Made by a program: the position numbers and the translations under genes. Below, piece after piece: positions 40,286 to 55,430 of a DNA stretch of 64,000 nucleotides. Location: NCBI GenBank assembly GCA_951406725.2, contig OX597828.1, positions 5,456,001 through 5,520,000 on the forward strand, in the 5' to 3' direction. The DNA comes from Octopus vulgaris. Lineage: Eukaryota. The stretch's first letter is position 1, and every line of letters starts with the position of its first letter. The notes beneath the pieces are model-generated. The model saw only the letters and a program-made list of their open reading frames with translations, had not been told where the DNA came from and did no database searches.

Positions 40286-40316
<31 letters not shown>

Positions 40317-40321
<5 letters not shown>

Positions 40322-40587
40322 CCATGATAATAAAGGGTAAAATTAATTAATTAATTAATTAATTAATAATTAATTATTTTAGCAAGTATTTCGGTATGTT
40401 AAAAGGACCATTATCGGTAAACTTATACATAAAATTTATAATTATATGTATAATTATAATTAGGGTTCAGCAAAAATTGCTTCACCACATACCGAAATTT
40501 AGAAATAGCGGCTAAAACTAACTATTTTTCTACTATAACAAAATCTCCCAGACAACAATTCTCAGCAACCCACGCGTAGGCAAAAGT
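40317..40587 (-). repeat. Diverged relative of the 39004-39995 element, HHR part absent
   Basis: AATTGCTTCACCACATACCGAAATTTAGAAATAG and AAAGGGTAAAATTAATT match the reverse complement of 39310-39565; starts at (TA)n. Confidence 0.75.
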
Positions 40588-40768
40588 ATTTTCTTTCTGA
40601 GATGCTCTTTGACTACTTCAGTGTTGTAATCTTTTAAACTGTTCTGGGAAAGCATTTTACGGAAGTATTTGTACATGAAACACATACATGTATCTATATG
40701 TTCAAATATTCTTACATGCTTACTTGTGTATTATCTGAGAGTGTATCATTATGTGCAAACTCAAATGC

Positions 40769-40853
<85 letters not shown>

Positions 40854-41524
40854 CTTATAAACATATACATATATGCATATATGTGTATATGTTTGTATGC
40901 ATGTATCTACCCACATAACATTCGTACCCAGACAAACACACTTTCTCTCTCTCTCTCCGTCTCTCTCTCTCTATAAAACTCACAACAGAGGTCTATGTAG
41001 TTATCAACAATCAATTTCCTAGTTTTATAATACCTGAATGCTTTAAATTATAGGAATATTTAAATTGGATGTAATTACGCAGTAATATACTACATTTTAA
41101 TGCTCCTCGAAACCGCATTAAGTGTTTGTAAATATTTGGCTTCTGTGAAGAATTTTTTTATTTTGGGATCGGTTTGTCTGTACACTTGATGCAATGTTTT
41201 CTAACAGAAGTTATTTATAAATATGGTTTTATTAAGTGCGAGAGGAACTGAAGAATATATCGTAGTCACCCATTACGGTTATTAGCCTTTCATAAAATTA
41301 TTAATCTTCTGTTTTAAACCAGAGGGACCTTGTATAAGCTATTTCTTCATGAATTATTTGGAAGATATTTTAGTGGTGGGAAGAAATTTCGGGACTTATT
41401 AGTTGAGAAATGGTCATAGTTTTTCAGAAGACAAATATAGGCATTGAGGTTCTCTTCGCCGCATATGTACATACGTACATACATATATATATATATAACT
41501 TCATAGATACATACAAGAATACAC

Positions 41525-41559
<35 letters not shown>

Positions 41560-41642
41560 CTCACATACATGTGCATACACATACACACCCACACACAAAC
41601 ACACATACATCTATATGTATATTATATACATATACTTTATAT

Positions 41643-41710
<68 letters not shown>

Positions 41711-43179
41711 TCACGTGTTTGAGTGTGTGCATGTGTAAGACTTTTTTACTTTTCAGTAACTGTTTTATTGTCTAAGTGATTTTTTTTTAATCTAAAAAAA
41801 TACACCATTATTTTCCGCGCTTAAAGTACTGACGACATCACTTATTCATTTTGCTGAAATGTGTTTGAACTTCATATTTTAACAGCAGCAATACTTTCCC
41901 GATGAGACCTACATGAATTAATGCTTCGGGAAATATGTGAAAGCTGAGACATGGATATTAATACATCAAATTTGATGCTCCATTAGTGAGAGGCTACAAG
42001 TAAATAAGAGGTCAAAAATGACTCATTTAAATATTTATTATCTAATAATGAACACAAAAAATTACATGCAAATTTTAAAAATAATTTTCCAGTAAAAAGC
42101 GAGACAAATCTTGTTTTGTCCCTCATGTCAGTCATTCAAAATTCCTTGTTTTAACAAAATGAGTGACTATTACAAAAACTTATTTCTTCTTCATAGGTTT
42201 TAATGATTTGAACTTGCTTTTACTTTTTATAAATAATATTATTGATGTAACTACTTTGATGTACTCTGACTGTTCTCATACCATTTAGTACCGTTGATCA
42301 TTCAAGTATACTGACATTATCAGAAATTCAGCAAATTACGGTAACGACTATGAGAAAGAAAATAAATCGCTACGTTTATAGTATAGTACAATATTGATTG
42401 GTGTTTAGTGTATAAAATATTTCAATACATTTGTTAATGTACACGCTTGTTTTGTGTTTTCATTCTGTTTTTTGCTAATGTTAAGAAAAAACGTTTGACT
42501 TCAAACATTTCAAATGAGAAACCGTTGAATTATAGTAACATAACTTGTGTTTACTATATGTTTTATGTACATAGTATTTTTATAACTAATTTACTGTTGC
42601 AAATCATTAGACAATATTTCACAGTCACTTCGTAGCTATCAGAAGCAGTAACTTCTGAAGTACAATTTATTTAATTTCAATATGTTGTATTTACTGGTAA
42701 ACTTTACAATTGACGAACGTGGAATGTTGAAGAATTTGCCAACAAGAGAAGCATCGCCATGAAAAAGAATTGAAACCATTTTAACAAAGATTCAGTTCAA
42801 CAAATCTAGACATGTTTACAGTTTGCTGATAGTTACATTCCAGCAGATTATATTTAGTGTGTTATTTCTAATTTATAAAGATGTTAAATGACTGTTGTGT
42901 AAGCGGTGTGAATCAGTTTCGATAACAGAAGTTTCGTGAATGTTACGTTATAAAAAGATAAAAAAAGAAGAAAAATTAAAAGCCATCCGGAGTTTACCAG
43001 CATTACGATTAATGTAAATGGCAGAGCGTACGAGGCCAAAACTTTAAATAACAATAGAGTAACTAACAAGTTATTTGCTAAATACAACTCTCCAACATGC
43101 CAGTTTTTTTTTTTCATTGCTCTTGTGTCTAATCCAAATATAACACACATATTTACATAGGCACGCTCATAATACATAC

Positions 43180-43776
43180 ATTATTATTACTATGGCTGCA
43201 CCCTCGTTATCGAGTATGGCCATTGCACGAAGCTTAACTGTTACTGGTGCTCTGATCGAATGTCTTGTACAGAATTGGCAACTAAAACTAAATGCCTTGT
43301 ACAGAATTGGCAATTAAAACCATTACCGGTAATAGCCAGTTGTAGTTGTAACTGGGCTTTATGTAGTTGTGCATGTCGTTTAAGTCCTCCTGTCGAATTA
43401 CACTCTCTTCCACATGCCCTAAAGATATTATTAATATGGTGTGTTACACCACCAACAGTGGCCACGTTGTCACTCATATGTCTCGCTTTATGACTATGAA
43501 GATGGCTCTTGAGACCAGCTTTACTGAGGCAGGGTCTTGCACAGACACTGCATGTCAGCATCATAGGAAGACCCTTCTCATCTCGAACAGCGATGCCCTT
43601 CCTCACATCCCTCCATACTTTCTCGTGTGCAACTCGATATTTCTCAAAAGTGGCTGTCCCCTCGTGCACAATCCTTCTCCACCTGCTACGATCAATAGCT
43701 ATGCCTTCCTATGTGTCAGGAGAGATGCAAGCATCTCTTAAGGAAGATTTCAGCAAGTCGTTGAGGTCTCAGTGGC

Positions 43777-43778
<2 letters not shown>
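43180..43778 (-). mobile_element. RTE/BovB-like LINE 3' fragment with C-terminal C2H2 zinc fingers
   Basis: LKSSLRDACISPDT*EGIAIDRSRWRRIVHEGTATFEKYR (RTE C-terminal pattern), then CSVC..SKAGLKSHLHSH; short (TAA) tail. Confidence 0.75.
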
Positions 43779-43854
<76 letters not shown>

Positions 43855-43856
<2 letters not shown>

Positions 43857-44700
43857 TTCAGCAACAATTTAGATTCAAATGAATATGGCACTTAATTTAG
43901 ATGCACCAGAATTTTTTATGGTGTTACCCATAAAAATATGCGGGGTGATTATAATAAAAAATAAGCAGCAAGAATGAATACTACAATATTTTATTAAAAG
44001 CTGTAAATATTACAGCAGATTTAAGATGCCGAGTAATCTTCAGGTAATTTTATATAGGTATTCCAATAATATAAAGTTTTCAAATCAATTAAGAGCATCT
44101 TAGGGAAGGTAAATATACAGATAAAGATGTAGATATGAATATTAGGAACATGACGTCGCGTAGTTCAGATGCCAACTGACCAAAACCTTGTTTACAACTG
44201 ACTGCTGTAAGAAAATTTCTTTAGTTATAAGGATAGGGGTAAGGGCAGATAAAGAATTCAAGTTAGTTGAAGAAAAGAGGAGGAAAATTCAAGATATGTA
44301 AAAGAAGAACAGGTTGTCACTAGAACAAAGGGTCAATTTATCTATATGGTGACAAAAAAATGTAGGTCAGTGTAGAAAGAACATTAAATGCTTAGGAACA
44401 TTTGAGGTAGTAGGTCAGCTACTAACTGACCAAAACCCTACTTGCAAATGAGAGCCATCAGAATTTTTTGGTAGGAATTTAGGTAAGGGGATGTGATAGA
44501 ATACTGTAAAAGGGATTTAAGTTAGTAGCAGAAAAAAGGAAGAATTTAGAATACATAAAGGGAATTCAGGTTGTCACTAGAACAAAAAGCCAGTTATTTT
44601 CATGTGGTGAGAAAAAAAATCTAGGTCAATGTCGAGAGGTCAATTAAATTCTTTTACAAAGAGTAGGGGAACAAACCTATCATCTAATTTATAGTAGGTA
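43855..44700 (-). repeat. (TA)n-adjacent non-coding repeat with a diverged ~250-bp tandem dimer and a decayed HHR-like motif
   Basis: AACTGACCAAAACC...CAGGTTGTCACTAGAACAAA...TAGGTCA occurs at ~44174 and ~44424; minus-strand ATTAC-CTGAAGA...TAAA...GTAAT at 44009-44048, then AATAAA. Confidence 0.55.
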
Positions 44701-45191
44701 TCGTATTCTATAACTGGGGGAATAGTAATAAATGTTAAAATTAGAATCGATTTGGGCAAAGATCCAAATTCAAGATTACAGTGAAATTAATCTAGTCGAC
44801 TATGAAAGTAAATTAAAGGTTAGTATAGTGTATATCATATTATTATTATATTAAAAAGTTAAAGTCTGAAAATGTAGGAAAACTTAAATTTCTATTTAAA
44901 GTATTTAAAAGTTCTAGTTGTGGAATGTATGCAAGATTATCCTCACTCTAGACTATTATTCAGTAGATTTTGTTACTTCGATACTTTAAAATTTCATAGG
45001 TTTCAAACAATTGTACTAAATTACCGGATTCATTCTTCTGGCTTATTTTTTGATTATATATATATATATATATACACATATTTCTATGCTTTTCGAAATT
45101 TCTGCTAGTACATTTGTCTTGTGTTAGCATTGCAACTATTTTAAAAGAATAATTGTTTTGCAGTTAAGAAAATGCAGATAAACATATATAA

Positions 45192-45229
<38 letters not shown>

Positions 45230-47721
45230 CTGTGTGTGTGTAACTGTCAAGAAAACTATACTCAAAACTTCACTCTATACTTCAGTGTTTAATGGCACTT
45301 GATTCTTATCTAGCTTAGACAATAAAATGTAACCAGTTGAATATTCCCGTATCCACTCTTAATAAAAAGTGACATACAAATCCTTGAAGATTTTCATTTA
45401 CTCACTCCTGTTATTTGTGTTTTTTTTTTTAATCTTGAATATTTCTTCATCGCACCAATAGATATGTCGCGAAATCACTGCACTACAATCTCATCTTCAC
45501 CTCCTCTGGATTGTCTATATGTAGATACGTTTCCCTTACTTTTATGCATTCATTCGTTATAGGACTCTTCATTCGTTATTCATTACATTAATGTAAACAA
45601 GTGACTGTTGCGGCTCAGAGAAAACAAATCTCTGATATTATTAAATTGTTAGATATACTGGGTTCTTTAGTAATCATAATGTAATTAACTTTAGTCCCTA
45701 TTTACAAGCATATTAATTTAGTATCATATATTAATTGAATTGGGTTATTAATGAAATATTGCTCATATTTTCGAAATTGTTTAACTTTAAAAGTTGTATT
45801 TTTATCATTAAATATATCTGGGTCTCAGCAGTGAAGAAGACACAAACTTCACAACCTATTGAGTGCGAAATATATTCCGAAATATATTCTTAGTCACTTT
45901 AAAAGAATTTGGAATCTTATGTCATTTGGAACCTAAAAAATCACATTGATTTGGCATGATTTATATCGTCCGCCCATCACATCTGTTGAAATAAACTTAT
46001 GATGGCAAGAATTAGTAATGCTTTTTTCACTAGGGAAGATGGTATTTGAATAACTGTGCTAATACCTACAAAAAAAAATACACGAACTGTAAAATATACT
46101 AATTCAAATTCGTCTCAGGCGAAGGGCACTGAAACAGCTATGTGCATATTTTCGGTTTTTGTTATACTTACAAGACAAATTTAATTTCGTCCGCTTATGA
46201 AAAGTTGTGTTGTAGACATTATACAAAATAAAAGAAAGTTTGATTCGGCGTGTCACCTTGTGTAATCTGGTTTATAAAATAGGCGCAAAGCCTCAAATTT
46301 TATAGGCATAGTCGTTTAGACATGAATGATTAAATATATTTTATTGCAAATAATCTCGCAAAAATGGAAAAGTCTTCTCAATTACGTACAGTAATGAAGG
46401 GAAGCATAAGGAATACACTGACTTTTTCACTTCTTGTCGGTTAAATGTATCTTCTACGCGCATAAATCATAAGCGGTAAGAGTAATGTCTTTTTTTGTTC
46501 CCAATTTTGTAAGTTACTTAATTTACATATCTAGATAAAAGCAAAGTACAATCACACACAGTCCATACTCAAAGCCAGAATGTGCATAAATATATAGGTA
46601 TAGCCGTATATTGCAATGTGTGAACACATTTGTACTAAAAATATTTCTAGGTTTAAGTCAAAACAGCTGATAACGTAGTGTATTGTAGATAAATATATTC
46701 ACAGGAAACGTACGAAAATATTATGTACGTCGTAGATCTGCGTAGAAATAACGGTAAAATTTGCTGCAATATATTACGTTTGGTGCGCATACATTTTGCA
46801 AAAACATACAAAAAATTGAGGTATATTAAGCAGTATTTTGTCGATTATTTATTCATTCTTTTTTTTATTCAATTAATGTTACTGATTTCTTATCGCTGTA
46901 TAAAGAAGATAAAGATACTTCTTTATAAATTACAGCTCCAAAAACATACACTAATGTAGCGACAATATATGAACATTCTATGAATTGTATAATACTAGAT
47001 AACTACAGACGTACAAATATGATATCGTTCTCTATTTCACAGCATTATATATTTTCAAACTATACCGGCATACATGCGATACTCCTGCATTGAATTATGT
47101 AATAAAGGATAAGAAAAATATGATCTTATACATTCTTGATTGTGCGCATATGACTGAGTATGTATAATTATGTAGAATAAGAGTAAGAAAGAGTCAGACT
47201 TAGAGATATAAATTGCATATTATATTTTTAAATTGCACAATATATATTCGCTATATAGGACTCAATATGATTCATTATACGCCAAGAAAGCAAGATGGAA
47301 GTAGAATTCGAGTATTAAGCTTAAAGTTTATTTTACTAATATCAATACTAACAAAAATACATACCATTACACACACAAATAAATAGACATACACAAACAC
47401 ACATGTACTGGCACACACGTACACACACACACATCCACTCACACGCACATACACGAATACAAACTCACATATATATAAAACAAAAGTCTGAAAGACTTTA
47501 ATTAAATCAATTTAAACCATTCCGTTGAAGAATATGACCGAGTTATGCAATTCAAACCAGGCATAATTTCTACAGCTTCATTTAATCAGATTCATACGTA
47601 ATTCCGGATTTATATACGTGTGTGTGAGTGTGTGTCTCTGTGTGTATGTATAATTGTATATATGTGTATGCATATATGCATATACGTACATACATATGTA
47701 TGTGCATATATGTATGTATCA

Positions 47722-47768
<47 letters not shown>

Positions 47769-49536
47769 TGTGTGCGCACGAACGGTGTATGTATTCATAT
47801 ATCTGCTTGTGTGTGTATCCATATTCACATCAGGTATACATGCGTAAAGACATGAATACATACACATACACGTGTGTGTGTATGCACATGTAATATATAT
47901 ATATATATATATATATATGTATACAACATGGTAAAGATATAACTATATATATGCATGTAGATGGATATGTTTGTATGTGTGCGTGTGTGTGTTTGTGTAT
48001 GTATGTTTGTATGTGTGTGTTCCTTGGTGTCTGCGTTTGACCCATCACCACTTCTGTTCCGTCTTCTACTCGTATATCTTTCTCTAGGACTTTCGAGTGT
48101 CTCAATATACCGCTCATTTTTCATCATACAGTTGAAACATTTACATGTTCCAGAAAATCAAGGATAATGAGGCTCACATTAATATAATCATCTTGAATTC
48201 TAATGCCAATTAGTATCCCTTGAACTACATAGGCTTTGGCGAAGCGATGTGACGTCATTTCATGTAGTGTTCCTTTTTATCTCCAATATAATCATGCTCC
48301 CACATCTCAGCCTCTTTTACCAAATCAGCACTACCAAAATTGTTATCTTCTTTGCCTTCAAACGGTTCAAAGAGGATTGGAGTTGGATTTCATGTTTCCT
48401 TCAATTCGGGTGTCAGTTGCCAAAGTAACCATTTTGCACAAGGCTTCTGTATGTAAATTGTTCCACCATTTTGTGTATGCATTGTGATCAGTCAAATTGA
48501 TCAGGAAAGCTTATAGTTTGTGTCTTCTCTGTCCACACGTATCAATTCGTTCATTGCTGGTGAGACTTCTGTTTTTCAGTGTTAGGTTCACATTCTTCAT
48601 AATTCTACTTCCCTCTATGCACATAACCCTCATCAATGGTGTTGTTCCCGTAAGTAATCTGTGATTTTGTGAATATGTAGGATAGTATGCTAAACTCCTT
48701 CATCAATGCAGGTACGTTGCTTCGCCTGGAGCATATTATTTGCCTGATATGAATGAGAACGCTGTTCTCATCATATATTCCACAATAAGACAAACAATGC
48801 TTTTGTGGTTTCACTTTCTAGAAAAATCGCTTTCTCAATCACTTTTGACAACGTTAACGCTTTTACTTTCAAAGGACCCCTGGAACCAAAATGCGTTTGG
48901 GCGTAACAGAAAGAAATTATTCCAGTTTATTACATTCTATTTACCTATTATATTCTCTTTTATCGCTCCTGCTAACATTTTGTCATTTGAATTTTATTCT
49001 CATGTTTCTTTATTTCGGAAGACATTTTAATTAAAATGTATATTTACATCTAAAAAATGTTTCGAGGACAAGAGGTGAAGGTGTTTTTGTAGGCAAAGTG
49101 TGAATTATGAATTCTATTTTTGATATGATTTATAAAAGAATCTAATATCTTTAAATAGTTGTTCGAATTCAGCATTATTTATTCAAGATAGCGGATATTT
49201 CAATGTCTCTATGAATCAATTTTCAGATAAGACAACAATTGTGCACTCTGTGGTTTATTCTTATTATATTATCTCATCACAGTTTTCTATAATTTTGCAC
49301 TTGACAATATATACACATTTCACTATTTTTATGTATTCAGATACTTGAATCAACATGAGAGTGAATGAAACAATACTGGTACAGCTTGACAGGAAACTAA
49401 AAATAAGAAGTGATGGACCAAGTAGATTATCAACGTGAAACAACAGCAAACATGTTTGAGCACAAACTTGCAGAATACCAAAGGTTTCAAAGACAAGGCT
49501 AAGGGAGACGGGTAGAGAGAATGGGGAATGAGAAAA

Positions 49537-49821
49537 GCTTTCACAAAATAGTATAACCATATCATAACGAGTATCCAAATATCTCGCCCATACACAAACA
49601 CACATATAAACATATATTTAAATAGTATTTGTTTTAGGTTATAATACACATAATTTTACATTAAATTGAATGATTACTCAACACGTTTGGCATTGTAAAA
49701 ATATGTTTTCTCTTAACAAGAATAGTATTGAGAGTGACTTCGAAGTTTCGGCGTGTGCTTATGCGTATGGGTGTGATATTTGGATACACGTTATGATATT
49801 TTCTTACTATTTCGTGAAAGC
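49537..49821. repeat. Old inverted repeat, ~65-bp arms, ~150-bp spacer
   Basis: GCTTTCACAAAATAGTA..ATATCATAACGAGTATCCAAATATC versus GATATTTGGATACACGTTATGATAT..TACTATTTCGTGAAAGC. Confidence 0.75.
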
Positions 49822-50673
49822 TATCATTGCACTGTGCAGCATTTTCAAAAGTAAGCTTAGTTCTGTTGAATGTTAATTATAGCTGATTGTCATGGCAATG
49901 TGCTATGAGAAATATTTATTCATTGGACTTTCGATCGTGCGATTATCATCCATTCTTGCGTGTAGAACATTGTAATGACGTATGTATATTTAGGTGTGTC
50001 ATCATCGAGTCATAGGAATCCATAAGGGAATGTAGTTATACTGTTGGTCATTAGATTTGTAACTCGGTTTACTTGTTAATTTTATTCGGATGATAATGTA
50101 ATGTTTAGTCGTTTGTTTTGTGAATGTGGGAGTTGGATCTCGTAATTCAATCCAGAATGTTTACATCCATGATACGTCAGCTTTTAGGTAATGGAATTTT
50201 AATGATTCACAAAGGAATTTAGTTTACGTTCTTCAGCTGGCTGCTATTATTCAGGGTTTTCTAACTGCTTGTATTGGGAGGGTGTTGGTTATCATTTAAG
50301 CGCATCACTATGTTATTAGGTTGGGATATTTGTTAACCGAATATTATAATGTTCACAAGAAGATGTCGGTTGGTGTAAATTGTGTTGGTCAGCATACTTG
50401 CTTCTAGGGGATCATTGTTCTGTGAATTATTTACTTACTGTTTAGAAACATTAACCTTTGTGATTAGGGAGGTGGTTTTTGCATGCTATTTATTTATATT
50501 TCTTCTTTTCAGCTTCTAGGGTAGGTAATTTAAAATATATTATCTGAATTTATCAAAATATGTATAAATGTGCGAAAATTTCTTAAGTCAGCTTATTGTT
50601 ATATCCTCCTTGCATATATGTGTATATATAATTGTTGGTATGTGCACATATTTTACAAAATTTGCGTGACCTA

Positions 50674-50715
50674 AATAATAATAATAATAATAATAATAAT
50701 ATTAATAATAATAAT

Positions 50716-50807
<92 letters not shown>

Positions 50808-50808
50808 T

Positions 50809-50862
<54 letters not shown>
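50674..50862. repeat. (AAT)n microsatellite
   Basis: Tandem AAT. Confidence 0.95.
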
Positions 50863-50865
<3 letters not shown>

Positions 50866-51015
50866 AACATCGAAAAATACCTTGGCAATGAGAACCCAGT
50901 TTCGAAATTTCCGCAAGATACCTGATGAAGGCTGGAGGGTTAACAACAAAGATGAGGATCCGTCAAATGTAAATAATGTACATAACTCAACATCTCTTAA
51001 ATATAGAACTATATG

Positions 51016-51087
<72 letters not shown>

Positions 51088-51088
51088 G

Positions 51089-51171
<83 letters not shown>

Positions 51172-51385
51172 AACAGATGAGTGTATTTTTACCTTGTTAA
51201 CAATTAACACGGAAAAAATAAATAAATAGTTACCAGGGCAGCAACAATCTCACAAGTAAAGGTGCTGTAACTCCTTATTTATAAAGGTAGAAACTTTTGT
51301 TTACGTTGAATATTTTGAATAATATGAATAAAAAAGATTACACCTGCGTTAACTCCATTGTTTTATTTTATATATATATATACAT

Positions 51386-51614
51386 ATATAATACAAATAA
51401 GAAAATGGAGGAACAGACTCCTTTCAATCATCGACTTACAGATAATTCCAATTCATATTATTTATTAACTACTTAAATAGGAACATCCAAATCCAACAGA
51501 ATAAAACAGAATAGGATTTGGCTGTTCCTATTTAAGTAGTTAATAAATAATATGAATTGGTATTATCTGTAAGTCGATGATTGAATGGAATCTGTTCCTC
51601 CGTTTTCTTATTTG

Positions 51615-51620
<6 letters not shown>
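51386..51620. repeat. Fold-back element in (TA)n, ~108-bp arms (51386-51494 / 51514-51620)
   Basis: Near-perfect inverted repeat; loop AACAGAATAAAACAGAATA is itself a short duplication. Confidence 0.9.
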
Positions 51621-51678
<58 letters not shown>

Positions 51679-54600
51679 AGCAGATTTAGCGGTTGCAATA
51701 ACCGTCTAAAGGATAAGAATATTCGCTTTTACTACTGCTATCATCTACCTATATTAAACCCTGGGCATGGGTATGCAAGCACACTATGCTCATAGGGTAC
51801 AGGTAATAGCAGAATAAACATTAGTTTATCAGGAATCAATTTTAAATAAGCAGAAAATAGAGACAACTTGTAATGAACAAGCAAACAAATTAACCATCAT
51901 CGGTTAATCACTTTTAATATAAAACATAACATAACATTTCTTACGGCCGTTTCGGTGCTTAGAAGGAAAATTCCAAAAATAATACTCCCCATGTTTATAG
52001 TACATTCGATCTAGTACAGCGAGCTTCATCATAGTTAATACAAATGCATAAAATAAAAGAAGGGAAGAAGGAAGAGGGAAGAGGAAAGAACAGGGCCTCG
52101 AAATGAGGCCATAAGGCTCAATATTAGAATAGTACCATTTTGCAGTGCGAAGCTTGAATTCCATAAACACACGAGCGTATTACCAAATGAATTAGAGAAA
52201 TAATTTGTGGGTTATCTCTTTTTTATATTAGTTCAGGACATTTGATTCTGTACCGCACCACCAACTTTACGTTGCTTACGTTTATATTCAAATATCATTA
52301 TAGAGTAACATTCTTCATACTTATACAGTTGAGAACATATTTGCAACAACCCTGTGAGGGCACTTTATTGGATTGAGTACGATTGATTCGTGTTGGATTC
52401 TTCTGAATGCTCTAGGTAAACGATACATATTTCGTTCACCGAATCAAGTTGTCATGTTCTGCAGAACGCAAACATAAACATATACGTAAATCTACAATAA
52501 TACCATCAACAACAATGACAATTACAGAGATAAGGCAACCTTCAAGTTGGTCACAGTATTGATAAAAAGGAAAAAATATATAAATATATATTAATATAAA
52601 ATATATATATAAGGATGTACTGTTAAAAAAGGGAGCAAAATTGGAAATGAAATAAGTTGTCTCTGTTCCATGCTGAGGTCAATATTTTATAAATCTGTTC
52701 TTATATTTTGGGTAAGATCAGATTTAAACGAATTATACACCTTACTAAGCGTAACAAATACTAATCAATAAGAAAAACGGGTTCCTAAACATTAATAATA
52801 GAGAGTGGACAGGAAGAATTCGATCGATAATTACAAAATAACAGGAATAACATAGAGTCGCTCCATCAAGTGCACAATCAAGCAAGTGCACACAATCACA
52901 CAGACATGAGCAAGTACAGATATGTGTGTCAGTGTGTCTTCCTGTATGTGTGTGTCTGTATGTGCGCACGTATATTTATAAATAGATATATACATATATA
53001 AATGTTTGCATATATACGAATACACATATAGATTATATAAATGTCTATACATAAAAAACATATATACGTATGAAGACATAGACGCATGAATACATACATA
53101 CATGAACATATACATATGTATATATATATATCATACATATATATATATATGTATAATGCATATATATATATATATATTTACTTACATATATATATATATG
53201 TATAATACGCATATATGTATACGAGTGTATGCACACGCACAGACACACATACACACACATTTGCTTGTTTGTATGTGTGTCTATGCGAACATGTTTCGTA
53301 AATTTAATTATCACGTTTAGAAATGTGCTTGTCGACTTGTTTTAGGAACGGAACAAAATACAGTCAATCACAATTAAGGACGTTTATTTTCCATAAAAGT
53401 CTATTATTTTATACTGAATGCAGCAGATGGAGCTAATAGAGTAGCAGAAAACCTTTTTAAGGAGTATTTTACATAACTTGTAGTTAGTGTTTCTGAACTG
53501 GACAGTAGATTATATAACGTAACGATGGGAGTTTAATGAATTTCTGAATACTTCACGCATATTCCAAGCTCATTACATACATACTTACATACAGACATTT
53601 GCATACACACTCACAATAATAAAATATATGCGTATACTATGAATGTACACTTTAGTTTACTTGTATGTAAGTATGTATGTATTTACACACATGCACACAC
53701 ACAGATATGTATGTATACACACACGCTCGGACGAGCACACGCATACACACGCGCATATATGCTTACATACACGTATACATCACTTAATTGAATGTAGGAA
53801 ACAAAAGTATTGTTGTGTATACACTTTTGTGCACGTGCTTACACGTGTCTGTGGTGGGGTGTATTTTGGTGTCGCTAAATTATTCAGGTACGACTGAGTC
53901 ATTGAGTTGCTCATTTCATTTTCGTTCTCTCACGTGTTTAACTTCATTGCTAGTATGTTGGACAATGTTTCTTGTGTAGCTTTTCAACTGAAATTGGATA
54001 GCCACACTATATTAGGCTGATTCTGCCCCTGGATCTCAAAAATTCTCGCCCGTAATTGAGAAATCAAATCATCCTTAATCGCATTCATGATATTGTAATG
54101 AAATAGGAATTTTGTGGTCTCTACGAATCACATTTTCACTGTTAATGAAAAATAATACGCTGATGCAGAACACGAAAAATAATACTGTTGCATTTATTTA
54201 AAATATGCTTGTGATTCTCAATCTTGTGGGCTCAAAATGACGCCGGCACAAAATTTATGGAAAATTATGCGGTATCTTAGACTGAGCCTTTTCCATTAAG
54301 GTAACACATGACATAATCTTCTTGCTGAATAACTTCGGTGCTTGAATGGGCACCGATTGGAATCCCTGGATGATGTCGTAGAAAGACAATACTTAGCAAA
54401 TTCAAATAGTGTGCGTTCCGAACTAAATTTGAACTCTATGTCTTGTGGTTCAATAACGCATATTTAAAACATCAAGCGGATTTAGCAACGCGTCGTAACA
54501 AAACATAAGGCTAACTCAAATATCCGTCGCTTAATACATTATATCATGGCTGCTATATTGATCCAAATAGATGCAGGCAGCAGAACGATACGAAAAGAAA

Positions 54601-55356
54601 ATCAACACTAATTTTCATTCGGGTCTACCATTATATCTCTATGAGGAACTCTCTTCAGTATGGGACAATGAAACACTACTTAAAATGCATGGTGTTTACT
54701 AAAAGCACAGATCTTTGATGCTTTGAGCGCTAATAAACATCAAACATATATCGACAGGTACAAGACTAGAATTAAACAACTTTTAAGCATCTGGAGGTAC
54801 GATTTTAGGTGGGTTTCATTATATCTCAAGTTTAATGACCACAAAATGGAACATGTTGCCCAAAACAAATAGATATGAAATTCAATTCTTGGCAGTCCAG
54901 ATCCCTTGAAATTCTGAAAACTGTGGAATGGTAAGTCATTACTTTCGTGCAACAAAACAAAGGTATGTTTCGAACCGGAACAGTTCTACGTTCGTCCAAT
55001 GGAAAGATGACACAAACGATATCAACGGGAAAATTCTAAAAACTAGTGAAAAGAATATACATTGAATGGTGAGTGAGGAAAAACTTTCTCAAGAACAGCA
55101 TACAAAAGCCAATCATCAACAGCTTAGCAGCACCTCGAAAGCACTCGGTACCTTAGATAATATAAAGCTTTTGACCTGAGAGCATTCTGAATGAGATATA
55201 TGAAATTGGAACTAAATCTAGAGCCAGAGGAAATGTCATCATTACCATCTTCAGCAAGTAAGATTATTGCAAAAAAGTTAATCGTAATTTTTGGTGACTG
55301 TAAGGAAAATTGCTGTAAGGATCTTCCATAAACGCGAATGTGATGGTGAAAATAAC

Positions 55357-55430
<74 letters not shown>

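Noticed and set aside
41825-41875. CTGACGA...GAAA
   Set aside because: Stems I and II do not pair convincingly.
48130-49030. Possible very old RLE LINE remnant on the minus strand
   Set aside because: Only faint peptide hints; not supportable by eye.
54625-54665. Minus-strand CTGAAGA-GAG-TTC-CTC hairpin
   Set aside because: No GAAA after stem II.
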